A stretch of DNA of 63,340 bases, filler included, from Chrysochromulina tobinii (lineage: Eukaryota), in the NCBI GenBank assembly GCA_001275005.1. It is 8 parts of 8 records of this genome, joined end to end, with 100 filler letters (N's around TTAATTAATTAA, not from the genome) between each part and the next. Parts side by side here need not be neighbours in the genome. Positions count along the whole stretch, not along the records: positions 1 to 6,955 come from JWZX01000169.1; positions 7,056 to 24,602 come from JWZX01000170.1; 6 more parts are not named here. One strand, written 5' to 3'. The notes under the pieces are model-generated. The model searched no databases. It was not told where the DNA came from and saw only the letters and a program-made list of their open reading frames with translations. Of this stretch, positions 1 through 9,951 are shown one piece after another. Each line of letters opens with the position of its first letter. Position 1 is the first letter of the stretch. Position numbers and translations under genes: made by a program.

Positions 1-12
1 CGGGAGAGGACG

Positions 13-88
13 TTAGGGTTAGGGGTCAAAAGAGGAGAATGAGAGAAGAAATGACCCTAACCCTAACCCTAACCCTAACCCTAACCCT
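13..88. repeat. Telomere-type repeats: (TTAGGG)2 at 13-24 and (CCCTAA)5 plus a partial unit at 55-88, in opposite orientations
   Basis: Read directly from sequence. Confidence 0.9.
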
Positions 89-552
89 CGCAGTGGCTCG
101 GGAGGGCCTGGATCTCGCGACATCCGGTCGAGATCCGAGCGGTTTCGGGGGCCGGGGGGTCGGGTTGTGCGGCCGTGCGACGGCCTGCGTATATAGCGCA
201 CCGACGTGGGAGAAGGGCGGGTACCGACCCGTCTTCGCTCGGATCTCGCCTTATTTTGCAGGATCCCCCTCGCCATGGCTCGGGAGGGCCTGGATCTCGC
301 GACATCCGGTCGAGATCCAAGCGGTTTCGGGGGTCGAGTGGGTCGGGTTGTGCGGCGGTATGACGGCCTGCGTAGGGCGCACCGACGTGGAAGGGGGGCG
401 GGTTTCGACCCGTCTTCGCTCGGATCTCGCCTTATTTTGGAGGAGCCTCCTCGCAGTGGCTCGGGAGGGCCTGGATCTCGCGACATCCGGTCGAGATCCG
501 AGCGGTTTCGGGGGCCGGGGGGGTCGGGTTGTGCGGCGGTATGACGGCCTGC
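87..552. repeat. ~181-182 bp tandem satellite, 2.6 copies, abutting the CCCTAA tract
   Basis: Units starting ctcgcagtggctcgggagggcctggatctcgcgacatccggtcgagatcc (one variant) begin at 87, 269 and 450. Confidence 0.9.
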
Positions 553-800
553 GGCGGCGAGAGTGAGGGTGGTGGTGGGGGAGAGGGCGGCGGGGGCGAG
601 GGCGGAGACGGTGGCGGCGAGGGCGGCGGCAGTGGCGAGTGCGAGGGCGGAGGTGGCGAGGGCAACGGCGGCGGCGGCGGCGAGGGCGGAGGCGGCGATG
701 GCGATGGATGCGGCGGCGGCGGGGATGAGGACGGAGGCGAGGGCGATGGCGGCGTCGGCGACGGCGGCGGCGGCGAGGGTGATGGCGGCAGCGGCGAAGA
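553..800. repeat. GGC/GAG-rich low-complexity tract (reads as PPSPPP-type on minus strand)
   Basis: Degenerate (ggc)n array; no convincing gene context. Confidence 0.6.
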
Positions 801-1254
801 TGTGGGGTCACGGCGTCATGTGCCACGCCATCCCAATCATCTTCTTGGCGCCGTTCCACGTGATGTCGAGCTTCTTGGGACGCAAAGGCACACCCGTACC
901 CGAGGTGTCATCAATAAAAAGTGCGCCCCACAGTGTTCAAAGCCCCTCTGAGGTAATTACCTGAGTGTAGTGGCGTGGTGCGAAGGTCCCCCGCCCCCTA
1001 GGTCAAAAAAGTGCGCCGCCCTTGGCCCCCTGATGGCTTTTACCCTGGATACGGAGGCACGAGGGGACTTTTACCGATAGCGCATACCGTTTTACGCAAT
1101 TCTTGTACCCTGGACACTTTTACCGTCTTCGGCCAAAAGGCCCTCACTTTTACCCTACCCCCACCCTATGGGTTCGGTTGCAGCCACCCCGGGGCGGCCC
1201 GTGCGCGCCGGACCGTGCGGCAAGTCTGTTCATCCGCGATTTCACAGGTATGTT

Positions 1255-2515
1255 CCCAAATGAGCTCCCGTCGCATCCAAGTGCACGCCGATGTGCAGAA
1301 GCGGTATACGCCGCTCGTGTCGTGCACCGGGCGCAGCGCGGCTAGAGCAGGTTGAGGAACGCCTCACCGCTCTTCTTGTAGTTGTTGATCGCGACCGCGC
1401 CAAAGGGAATGGACGTTCGTCGCGACGGAGGCGACCTCGGTCTCAGGGCGCTGCAGGAAGCGGCAGATGCGCCCATTCGCCTCCCCCCTTTCGAGTAGCC
1501 CGTGCACTTGCAGAAGGCCTGGTTGACGTAAACAAGCTCTACGCCTCGGCGATGCGCATGTCTGCGATGCCGATTGCGAGGGGCAGTGTCTCGACGGCGG
1601 CCGCGATTGCTTGTAGCCACATGGCCGCGTCGGCTGGCACAGCGTACGCGGTACGTGTCCCAGCCAAGGGGGTTCGAGGTGCCAAAGGCGCGCTCCTTGC
1701 CTAGCTTCACCTTGTGAACAAGCGAATCGCTCGGTACTCGGAGAGCAGGAACCCGGGCAGGAACGAGAGCACGAGTGAGCGCACCGCTTGGTCGTTCAGC
1801 GCCCTGAGCTCCTCTTCGACCTCGTTTGGGGTAGCTGCTGGCTTTGCGTGAGAGGATTGGTTGAGGTCATGCCCTGCAGGTGCACCGCCGCGATGCGTGC
1901 GACGGCGCCCGCGCGCAACTGCGCAGTCTCGCTCTCATTGAGCTACGCAGTCTCGCTCTCGTTGAGCTCGTGCATCTGCACGACGACGAAGCTGAGCAGC
2001 TCTACTGCGGCCTCTGAGCGCTGCTTGAGGTGCTCACGGAAAGACGCCACGCTCGGTGCGTGCCCCACGAGCGTCTGCACCGACGCCAACCGACGCCTTA
2101 GCGTCTGCACCGACGCCTTTGCGTCTGCACCGACGCCTTTACGTCTTCGAGCCACATCATCTTGCGCAGCCGTCGCTGCCGATCCACCATCTCGGGGATC
2201 GGCTCCGAGATGTTCACCTCCCTTGATAGCCGGCTCTGCTTCGCGATACTCTCCAAGGGTCTCAGCGCGGACGGCTCGGGTGCCACCGACTCCTCGATCG
2301 GCACGGTCGCGGACGCCCATGGTAAGGGCTGCAGCCTCCGGGGCGAAGGAGCTCGGCAGCAGTCGGCACAGCCCCCCGTATTTCTCGCACTGCGGTTTCC
2401 GAGAGAGCAGCAGCACCAGCACGTCGGCGAGCACGCCGATGGAGTCGCGGTACACGCTGTCGGTGTCGTGCACCGGCTGCACCGAGAGCATGTTGCGGAA
2501 GCTGTGCCAGCTACG
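1255..2515 (-). pseudogene. Frameshifted multi-LOV photoreceptor (LOV C-terminus, RGS-like segment, complete LOV domain)
   Basis: Stitching minus-strand frames gives LPLAIGIADMRIAEA / ELVYVNQAFCKCTGYSK / EANGRICRFLQRPETE (GRICRFLQ at 1451-1474; LOV consensus GRNCRFLQG) / INNYKKSGEAFLNLL* / LRPVHDTSGVYRFC / IGVHLD. An upstream second LOV end FRNMLSVQPVHDTDSVYRDSIGVLADV lies at ~2420-2500. Several frameshifts and stops. Confidence 0.85.
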
Positions 2516-2559
2516 CGGCCATAGGTCATAATAATTTACAGAACTTTTCCGTGTATTAA

Positions 2560-2877
2560 CTATCCCTGCGCCTCGTCATCGTCCTCGCCATCGCTCTCAT
2601 TACCCGCCCACCCCATGGGCGTGAGTTCCGCGTTCACCACGCGGTGCGAGCGTCCATCATCGAAACGCACTTCGCAATTGGGAATCCGGTGTTCCCCGGT
2701 GTTCCCACGAGTCACCACGCCGTGACACACAGTCGCAGCACCGTCGTGCACGAGGACGCAGCTGACTCGCTGCCCTAAATGAAATTCAAGAACTTCTTCG
2801 AAACAGTCAATTATGGTTTTGTCTAACATCATATTGTAATCTTTTGACAAGTCATGCGTGACTCCGCAAGTATACAT
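2560..2877 (-). CDS. Small hypothetical ORF, possible SH3-like beta-barrel with acidic tail
   Basis: 105-aa ORF in lower-GC DNA; GQRVSC..HGVVTRG..CEVRFDDG pattern; no clear homology. Confidence 0.25.
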   Translation of the reverse strand: MYTCGVTHDLSKDYNMMLDKTIIDCFEEVLEFHLGQRVSCVLVHDGAATVCHGVVTRGNTGEHRIPNCEVRFDDGRSHRVVNAELTPMGWAGNESDGEDDDEAQG

Positions 2878-3338
2878 CGTGTTCAGAACACGGCATCCAG
2901 AACACGATCAAACGAAAAGTGTCTAAGCAGAGGGTCCACGTCAACAGGAAGCCGTGGCACTGGATACTGAGAGATAGATCGTTTGTACACGAGGGCGTAC
3001 CGCGTAGGCCGGGGGACCCATGGTCGGATCCGCCCCGGTGCGCGGATTTCTCCGCGCTGAGATGTATCATGTAAACCGATGAATAACCACGAATCATGTA
3101 CAGGGGCCTGACAGGGGCCTACACACGCCCCCCCCTGTCCGAAAGAACGCAATACGGCAAACTCCGATATCGTTCGCCGGAGACCGATGCGCGATGGCCC
3201 CCCTACCAAGCTTATCTCTCGTCACCTTCCAGTCGGGTTCCGGCCTCGTCCCGGCCTGCCTTCCGATCAGGTTCCGCCCTCGTCCCTGCACACAAGCCGA
3301 ACCCCCCGGCGCCGAAGAGCGGGGACAAAGCATGCTCT

Positions 3339-6300
3339 CTAACGCCTCAAGGCGTCAGCTGCGTGCGCCTTGCCTTGGGCGTCGCCGTCGCGCACCAGCG
3401 CCGCGAGCGGCACGAGGGCGCCCGCCGCAACGATGCCCACCTTGATGGCAGCGTCGCCGGCCGCCAGATCACACAACGCGCCGGCTGCCTTCGCCTTGCC
3501 TAGAGCGTCGCCGTTGCGCACGAGCGCCGCGAGCGGCTCGATCGCGCCCGCCGCTACGATGGCCGCCTACTTCTTGGCAGCGTCGCCGCCCGCCAGATGC
3601 CGCAACGCGCCGGCGGCCTCCGCCTTGCCTGGAGCGTCGCCGTCGCGCACGAGCGCCGCGAGCGGCTCGAGGGCGCCCGCCGCTACGATGGCCGCCTTGA
3701 TGGCCAAACATACCGCAACGCGCCGGCGGCCTTCGCCTTGCCTTCAGCGTCGCCGTCGCGCACGAGCGCCGCGAGCGGCTCGATCGCGCCCGCCGCCGCA
3801 ATCGCCCATACGATGGCATCGTCGTCACCGCCCGCCAGATTCCCCAACGCGCCGGCGGCCTTCGCCTTGCCTTCAGCGTCGCCGTCGCGCATGAGCGCCG
3901 CGAGCGGCTCGATCGCGCCCGCCGCTACGATGGCCGCCTTGTTGGCATCGTCGTCGCCAGCCAGATTCCCCAACGCGGCGGCTGCCTTCGCCTTGCCTTC
4001 ACGGTCGCCATCGCGCACGAGCGCCACGAGCGGCTCGATCGCGCTCGCCGCCGCAATCGCCGCCTTGCGCTCAACTTCCGCCAGCCGCTTTTCCGCCAGC
4101 CGCCGCGCCTCCTCAGCCTCGCGCAGCCGACGAAACTCGCCCACTTCCCGCTCCACCTCGGCAGCAATTGCGGCCCGCACGCGCTCGAGTGCAGGTAGCA
4201 CGCAGTGCCCGGCGCCGGCGAGCGCCACGAATGTGACGCGCCGTGCCGGGCGCAGCGTGCGGTCGAGCCGGCAGACAACGTCCCCGGGCTTCCACACGTC
4301 AAGTTGCATGTCGCCATCGCCCGATCGCTTGCATGCAATCCCGTGCATTAGGCAGCATCCGTGGTGACGCGAGGCCGCAGGCGGCTGGAAGTGCGGCACG
4401 CGCCCATCGCCCACCGGCTGATCGATGTCCATGGCCGCGGACGGCGGTGGCGGCGCGGCCGTCTCGCAAGCACTGCACGTGCTCCGAGGCGGCGCGTTGA
4501 TCAGCGTGCACGCGGAGCAGGACCACGGCACGGTGTGCTTGAGCGGCGGCTTGGGCGCATTCTTGATCGTAATCGGCGGGACCCATTCCACCGGCGTGAT
4601 TGCGTGCCCGGGCGCCGGCATTGCGCTCCCCGCGAAGGCCGGCGCCGGAGCACCATCGAGCCAACGCACGGCGCTCTGTGCGACGCGCGGTCGAATGCCA
4701 ACGCCCGGGATGTTGATGTCGACGCTCCCATCCGCGTGCAGCGCCGCCACGGAGCAGCCTGCGAAGCCGCCAAAAAGTACATTCGTGCCGACGGCAAAAT
4801 TAGGAGCAGGCGGCGGCGGCGGCGGCGGCGGCACGCCAAAGCTAGCCCCGCCTTCCTGCGAGGTGGACGCTGAGGTCGATGGCGAGAAAGCTGTGGAGGC
4901 CACGCAGCTGAGCGTCAGTGGTGCGCCCGTTACGACGCCGTCGGCCCGCGGTACGTAACTGGGAGGACCGATCCGCGGGCCAAGCGTGAGCTGTGCACGG
5001 CGCTGTCCCGAGCGCCGCACGCGCAGCCCATCGAGCCGGATTCGCATCGAAATACGATGGCCCGTAAACTGCTGCGCCAGCCATGCCTTGACGACCCCGG
5101 GCATCGACGTGAACGTACCCTGCATATTTGCCGCAAGCGCCTCAGCAATGTCAAGCACGCTCATGCCCGCCCTGATGCCTCGGCCCGTGTACCAACCGCC
5201 TGAGCCAGTACCCTCGAGCCTGTAGTAGCCATCGGGATCTTCGAGGTCGAAAGGCTTGTCGCTCGCTTGAGCATAAATCGAGTGCGTGGCTGCCTGCCCG
5301 CCGGACGCATCGAGTGCGAACTGCAGCTGGGCCACATCGGCGCTCCGGAATGCGCTGAAGAGGGACCTTGTCCAGTCGGCCGAAATCGACTGCTTAGCCT
5401 TGAGCGGGCCTCCCGCTACGCCGAGCTCTGGCGGCGAGGTCCATGCGGAGCTCGCATCGGCGGCCACACCGACGAATGTGAGGCATGCATCGGCTGAGAC
5501 GCGCACGATGGCCCCGATGAGGCGTCCACGCGGCTCACCTGCGGGACTAGCCGCCTCGAGGGCCGGCACGTGGTCGGGGCAGAGCTCTGCGAGCGCAAGC
5601 ATGTCCACGTAATAGTCAAGTCCACTCTCTTCACAGAGGACAGCGATCGGCTTGGTGAGCAGGATGGCACCAGCCCCACTTCTCGTGACGTCGAGGGTGC
5701 CGAAAAAGTGAAGCCAATCTTCATCCGCGACGACACGCGGCGACGTTTCGGCGTGTTGGCTGGCCGCAGGCCTCACCGCTGCCTTGGCGCCCACGGGCGC
5801 CTTGCCCGCTGCCTTGGATGCGACTGTGGCACTTCCTCCTCCGCCTCCTTCTCCAACGGGCGCCTTGCCTCTGGCTTGGGGCGAGTCGAAGGATGCCGAA
5901 GCGCCTACCATCGCCGTCGTCCGTGCGGCAGTCATCGTCGCCGCTGTCACGCCGTCGGCAAGCTCGAGCGGGCAGCTTTGCACACCAACGCTACCGCTGC
6001 TCGGTGTGTAAAGTACAGTGCCTAAAGCAACGGCCGTCTCGCCCTCTGAAGCTGCCGCAGCCGCGCCCACAGAGGCCGATGCGAGATGGGCAGAGGGCAA
6101 AATGGCCACAGGGGTGCAGAGGCTGGCCAACGGCGGCGGGCATGCTTGAAGGGAGCCGAGGCTCATGCGCGGCAAAAGGCGCGCGCACGACGGGCAGTTG
6201 TGTCCTTCGTGCGGCCCGCATGTGAACAACTTCTTGGCACCGCCACCGACCTCTGATGAGGTCCCATCAGCACCCTCGTGTGCCGCGATTGGTCGGCCGC

Positions 6301-6955
6301 AGTAGTACTTTAGCACGGCGCTCGTCACGACGCCCGGCGCGCCGCCGAGTGCCACGAGCGCGCCCTCGTCGTTGCGAAGGGGCGCCTCTTCGATGCTGGT
6401 GCCTTTCGGCGCGCCGATCGTCGCGTGGCCGAAGCAAGCGCGCAGGGTGCCACAGGCCATGCTTGCTGGCTTAAGTAGTGCAGAGGTCGTGGCGCTCGCC
6501 CGCCCTCTGCCTGTGACGATGCCACCGTTGCCATCGCCGTCGGTGTCGGCGTCGGGATCACTGCCGATGCCAACGACGCCCATGTCGAGCAGGAGTGGCG
6601 TGTGGTCCTCGTTGCGTTTCGAGGCGGAGCCGAGTGGGAAGGCGATCGAGCCAAGCGCGAGCCAGCCGCATGCGAGTCCTGCGGCATTGGACGCCGCGTA
6701 CACGACACGTCCGTCCTCAAAGACATCGAGCTGCACGAGCACCGCATCCAGCTCGCATGCCAGTGGCGGCGGCGGCGCCGGCAGCTCCTCGGTCGCGCGC
6801 CGACTCGGCCGGAAGCCGCCAATGACGCTCCCGAGTGCAGGTGCGGATGCGCGCTGCCTTGGCGCTGCCCAGGCGGCGCTGCCTAAAGCCCTTGGGACTG
6901 CACGCATGACTGCCTCGCGCGCGCGGGCCTCGAGACGTGGATCACACCCATAAAG
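3339..6955 (-). CDS. Large protein (5'-partial at gap) with Cys-rich YYCGR..CGP..CPSC motif, RanBP2-type zinc finger and C-terminal armadillo repeats; last repeats disrupted
   Basis: ORF 3683-6907 stays open up to the gap; WSCSACTLINAPPRSTCSACET; ~41-aa ARM units AIVAAGAIEPLAALVRDGDAEGKAKAAGALGNLA; frameshift at ~3705 and TAG at ~3568 in the distal repeats. Confidence 0.8.
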
Positions 6956-7055
6956 NNNNNNNNNNNNNNNNNNNNNNNNNNNNNNNNNNNNNNNNNNNNT
7001 TAATTAATTAANNNNNNNNNNNNNNNNNNNNNNNNNNNNNNNNNNNNNNNNNNNN
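6956..7055. other. Assembly linker (N-TTAATTAATTAA-N); others at 24603-24702, 36839-36938, 39974-40073, 48327-48426, 58814-58913, 61848-61947
   Basis: Identical 100-bp spacers with six-frame stops. Confidence 0.98.
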
Positions 7056-7451
7056 TGTTGCCAGTAGTCATGTAAGCGCGCCCCCCGGGGACGCGCCTGC
7101 ATGAGCGCCGCTGTACTGTGTGGTCCTGTTTCTAATTCACACAGACACACACAGCACCGCTCGTGACCGCTCTGTGGGTGTGGCCACTCTCGCATCGTCG
7201 CATGCATGCCTACCGACTCTATCCTTTGTTATCCTTGTTTATTTATAATAATCAGTCACACTGTCATCAGTGCTCAGTCTGCATCGTGTCTGTGTCATCA
7301 GAGTCTATCATGATCACATTGCAGGATTGCAGTCCTCGCTACTCAACCGCCGCTCCGGGCTCAGCGGCTCACCGTCACGTGCCGTGCTGCCGTCCTGCCT
7401 CCTTATAGTGGACCTTGCGGCAAGGATCTCTTAAGGATCTCCAGCCTACCA
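7056..7451 (-). mobile_element. Putative long terminal repeat (LTR) at contig edge
   Basis: ~396-bp lower-GC segment bounded by TG...CA (minus strand TGGTAG...GCAACA) with a TATAAATAAA core; the contig breaks exactly at the boundary. Confidence 0.4.
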
Positions 7452-7578
7452 CGTAGATGTAGTTGGTTGGCGATTCGTGTGCGAGGGAGGCCGCGACGAG
7501 TTTTCTCCGACAGCTATAGGTCGAAGACCAAGAGCCTCGTCGAAGCCCGCGGACTAGAGGAGCGGCGCGCGTCTGATT

Positions 7579-9690
7579 TCACGCCTCTCGCTCGGCCTGC
7601 TCAGCGTTGAGAACTTCCTCCCGGCGCTGCTTGGCTGCCTCAGAGCGGGCGTCGCGCTGCCGGTACAGCTTTGCGCGCCGCTCAAGGTCGAGCCGCACAC
7701 CATCGGGCGAGAGCTTACGCGCTCGCTCAACTGCCGCCCGAGCGTGGAGCGAGCCCAACAGTGATCAGTCAGTGGTCACCTGGGTGGCTGCTCAATAGCC
7801 TCAATGAGTGGCAATCCCGAATCCGTGGCCATCAGTGGCCGCACGAGTGGCTGATCAGTAGCCTCAATGAGCGGCCAACAATCATTGGCCATCAGTCGGC
7901 CATCAGCACACCTGCCGCCTGAGCGAGCTTGGCGCGTGATACCACCCTCTGCTGCTCGGTGAGGACGGGCGCTACGTACGGTGTGCTCGCAAAAGCGACA
8001 CGCCGCCCGTGCATGCCCTGGGGCCCAGTGGTGTGCAGCTTCGCCGGTAGCACGTACGAGTTCGGCCCAATGCGACACTCGTCCTCGTCGAGTTGCTCTA
8101 GTGGCCTGCCGAGGACCATCGCCGACGGACTCGATGCACACATCGCCCTCCGCGGGTTCCTATTGAAAGGGTGCACGTGAGTCACGCTATAGGTGCCCGG
8201 CCCGACCTCGGTGCCCGTGGACCCTGGCCAAAAGGCATCGGGCCGGCCAGACTGGGGGTTCGCGTCGCTGCCTGAGGGGAAGGGCCACTTGACACCATGG
8301 CGCAGCGGGGCGCAGGGCATGCTCGGAGCGCCCCCAGCATGGTTGTACGAGCCGATGGCCGGCGGAGCGTCGAGGGCCTTGAGGCCCTCTCGTAACTGCT
8401 GCGCCTCTAGGCCCGCCACGCTGGGCCAGCTGTAGTGCACTGGGTAGCGGTCGTCGAACCATCCTATCGCACGCATTCCGAGACTGTGTGAGCGCGCCGA
8501 AGCCATCGGGATCATGATGGGCATCTTTGGATAAGGATATGCGAGAGAGTCGAAGAGGCACAGCACGGGCGTCAGTGCAGGCGCAGATAGCTCAACGCAG
8601 GCGGCGAATGTGGCGGCGTGAGCATCAAGGTACAGTGTGTCATCAAGGTGCGCAGGCACGCGAGAGCTCATCAAGAGCTCATCAAGAGCTCAGACCTCTA
8701 AGGACGGTGCAGCGCCGAAGGGGTGTGAGATGGGAGAGCGAGAGCTTCGAGCGATGCACGCGGGTTCGAGCCGTCGCCTCCCTGTACATAGCAGCCCGGC
8801 CCTCGGCGGCTTGCCTGAGCCACGTCGCTCTTGCTTGGCTGCGCGCCGCCCGTGGGGCTCGAGCGTGAGCGCAGCCGCGCAGCCGAGGCGGTCGAGGGGC
8901 GGACCATCGGTCCGGCGTACTCTCCGGGGCTCGTCAGAATCGCATCGGGGAGCGGCGTGTCACTGCTCCAGCGTGGAAGCAGGGAGAAGCTATGCACCAT
9001 CTTTGTGTTGGCAAACGGACCGCCAAAGGGACGGGCGGGCTCGGCGGCGGGCGGCGGGGGCGCGTTGAGCAGCGCGCTCTGGATGCTCGGGTGGATGCTC
9101 CCTGCATTGAGCATCATTTCCTTCTCGAAGGCCTCATCGCGCGGTCTTCGCAACTTGTGCTGCAGGAATTGGTATGGGAAGGTCGAGCCCTGCATGTGCT
9201 GCAGATAGGCATGGCTGCGCCCACTCAGCTCATCGGCGAGTTCGGTGAAGTCGTCCGTCGAGGTGCCGAAGGCGTACTGCTCGGCGGCTTCGAGCTTGTG
9301 AGGGTGCCGACGCGTATGCTCGAGGTTGTGGGCCCCGCTCACCTCGGCGACCGAGAGCTTGTAGAAGGCCGACGCAGGCATGGGCGTTCGGAATTCCTCT
9401 TCTTGCACCCAGCTCTCAAAACCATGGCGGTCGAAGCGCGTGGCCTGCTCGGTGCTCAGTGTCTGCGGCGTCCTCAGCGCAGGGCCCGGCGACTGCGGCG
9501 GATGCTCCGGCGTCCATGCGACCAGGCGCTTTCTCGTGCTGAACGTCGCTTTCTGCTTGCCAAACCAAGCCATACCTTGGTGCTTGCGCAGATGCGGCGC
9601 TGAGGCCTGCCGCTGTGGCGTGTGAGCGCTGCGAAGGCTCGGCGTCGAGACAGAGGCTGCGAGGTGATTCTCGACTAGCTCGGGCTGCAT
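7579..9690 (-). CDS. SHIPPO/ODF3-like PGPGxY-repeat protein, 3 exons (introns 8464-8759 and 7731-7911); start uncertain
   Basis: SPGEY, GPGCY, GPGTY and GPNSY motifs; GT-AG splicing joins ORFs 8698-9960 and 7892-8674 to a final exon VERARKLSPDG...EREA*. Confidence 0.6.
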
Positions 9691-9951
9691 GGCGGGTATG
9701 GAAATGGATTGATCGCTGCGGTCCTCCTCGCTTGGACGAGGGTTTACTCGAACCTGCCATTCATTGCTGTCGATTCTCAAAGACGTTTGCATGCATCTCA
9801 TGTGGTGTTCAATAAAGGTTTTGCATTCGCTTTGAGGCGAATCCGAGATTGCATTTTTGGTTGGTTGCATGTTTGAATTGTGTCCGTTTCGTGTCCGTTT
9901 CGTCCCTGCGGTCGGCCGCGTTTTAGAAGGCTGCGTGTGATCCAGGAGCGC

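Noticed and set aside
55..88. True chromosome end
   Set aside because: Only five units, with non-telomeric sequence on both sides
6956..7055. Recurrent TTAATTAATTAA palindrome within N runs (7 sites)
   Set aside because: Artificial contig linker with six-frame stops; not biological, and synteny across it is not assumed
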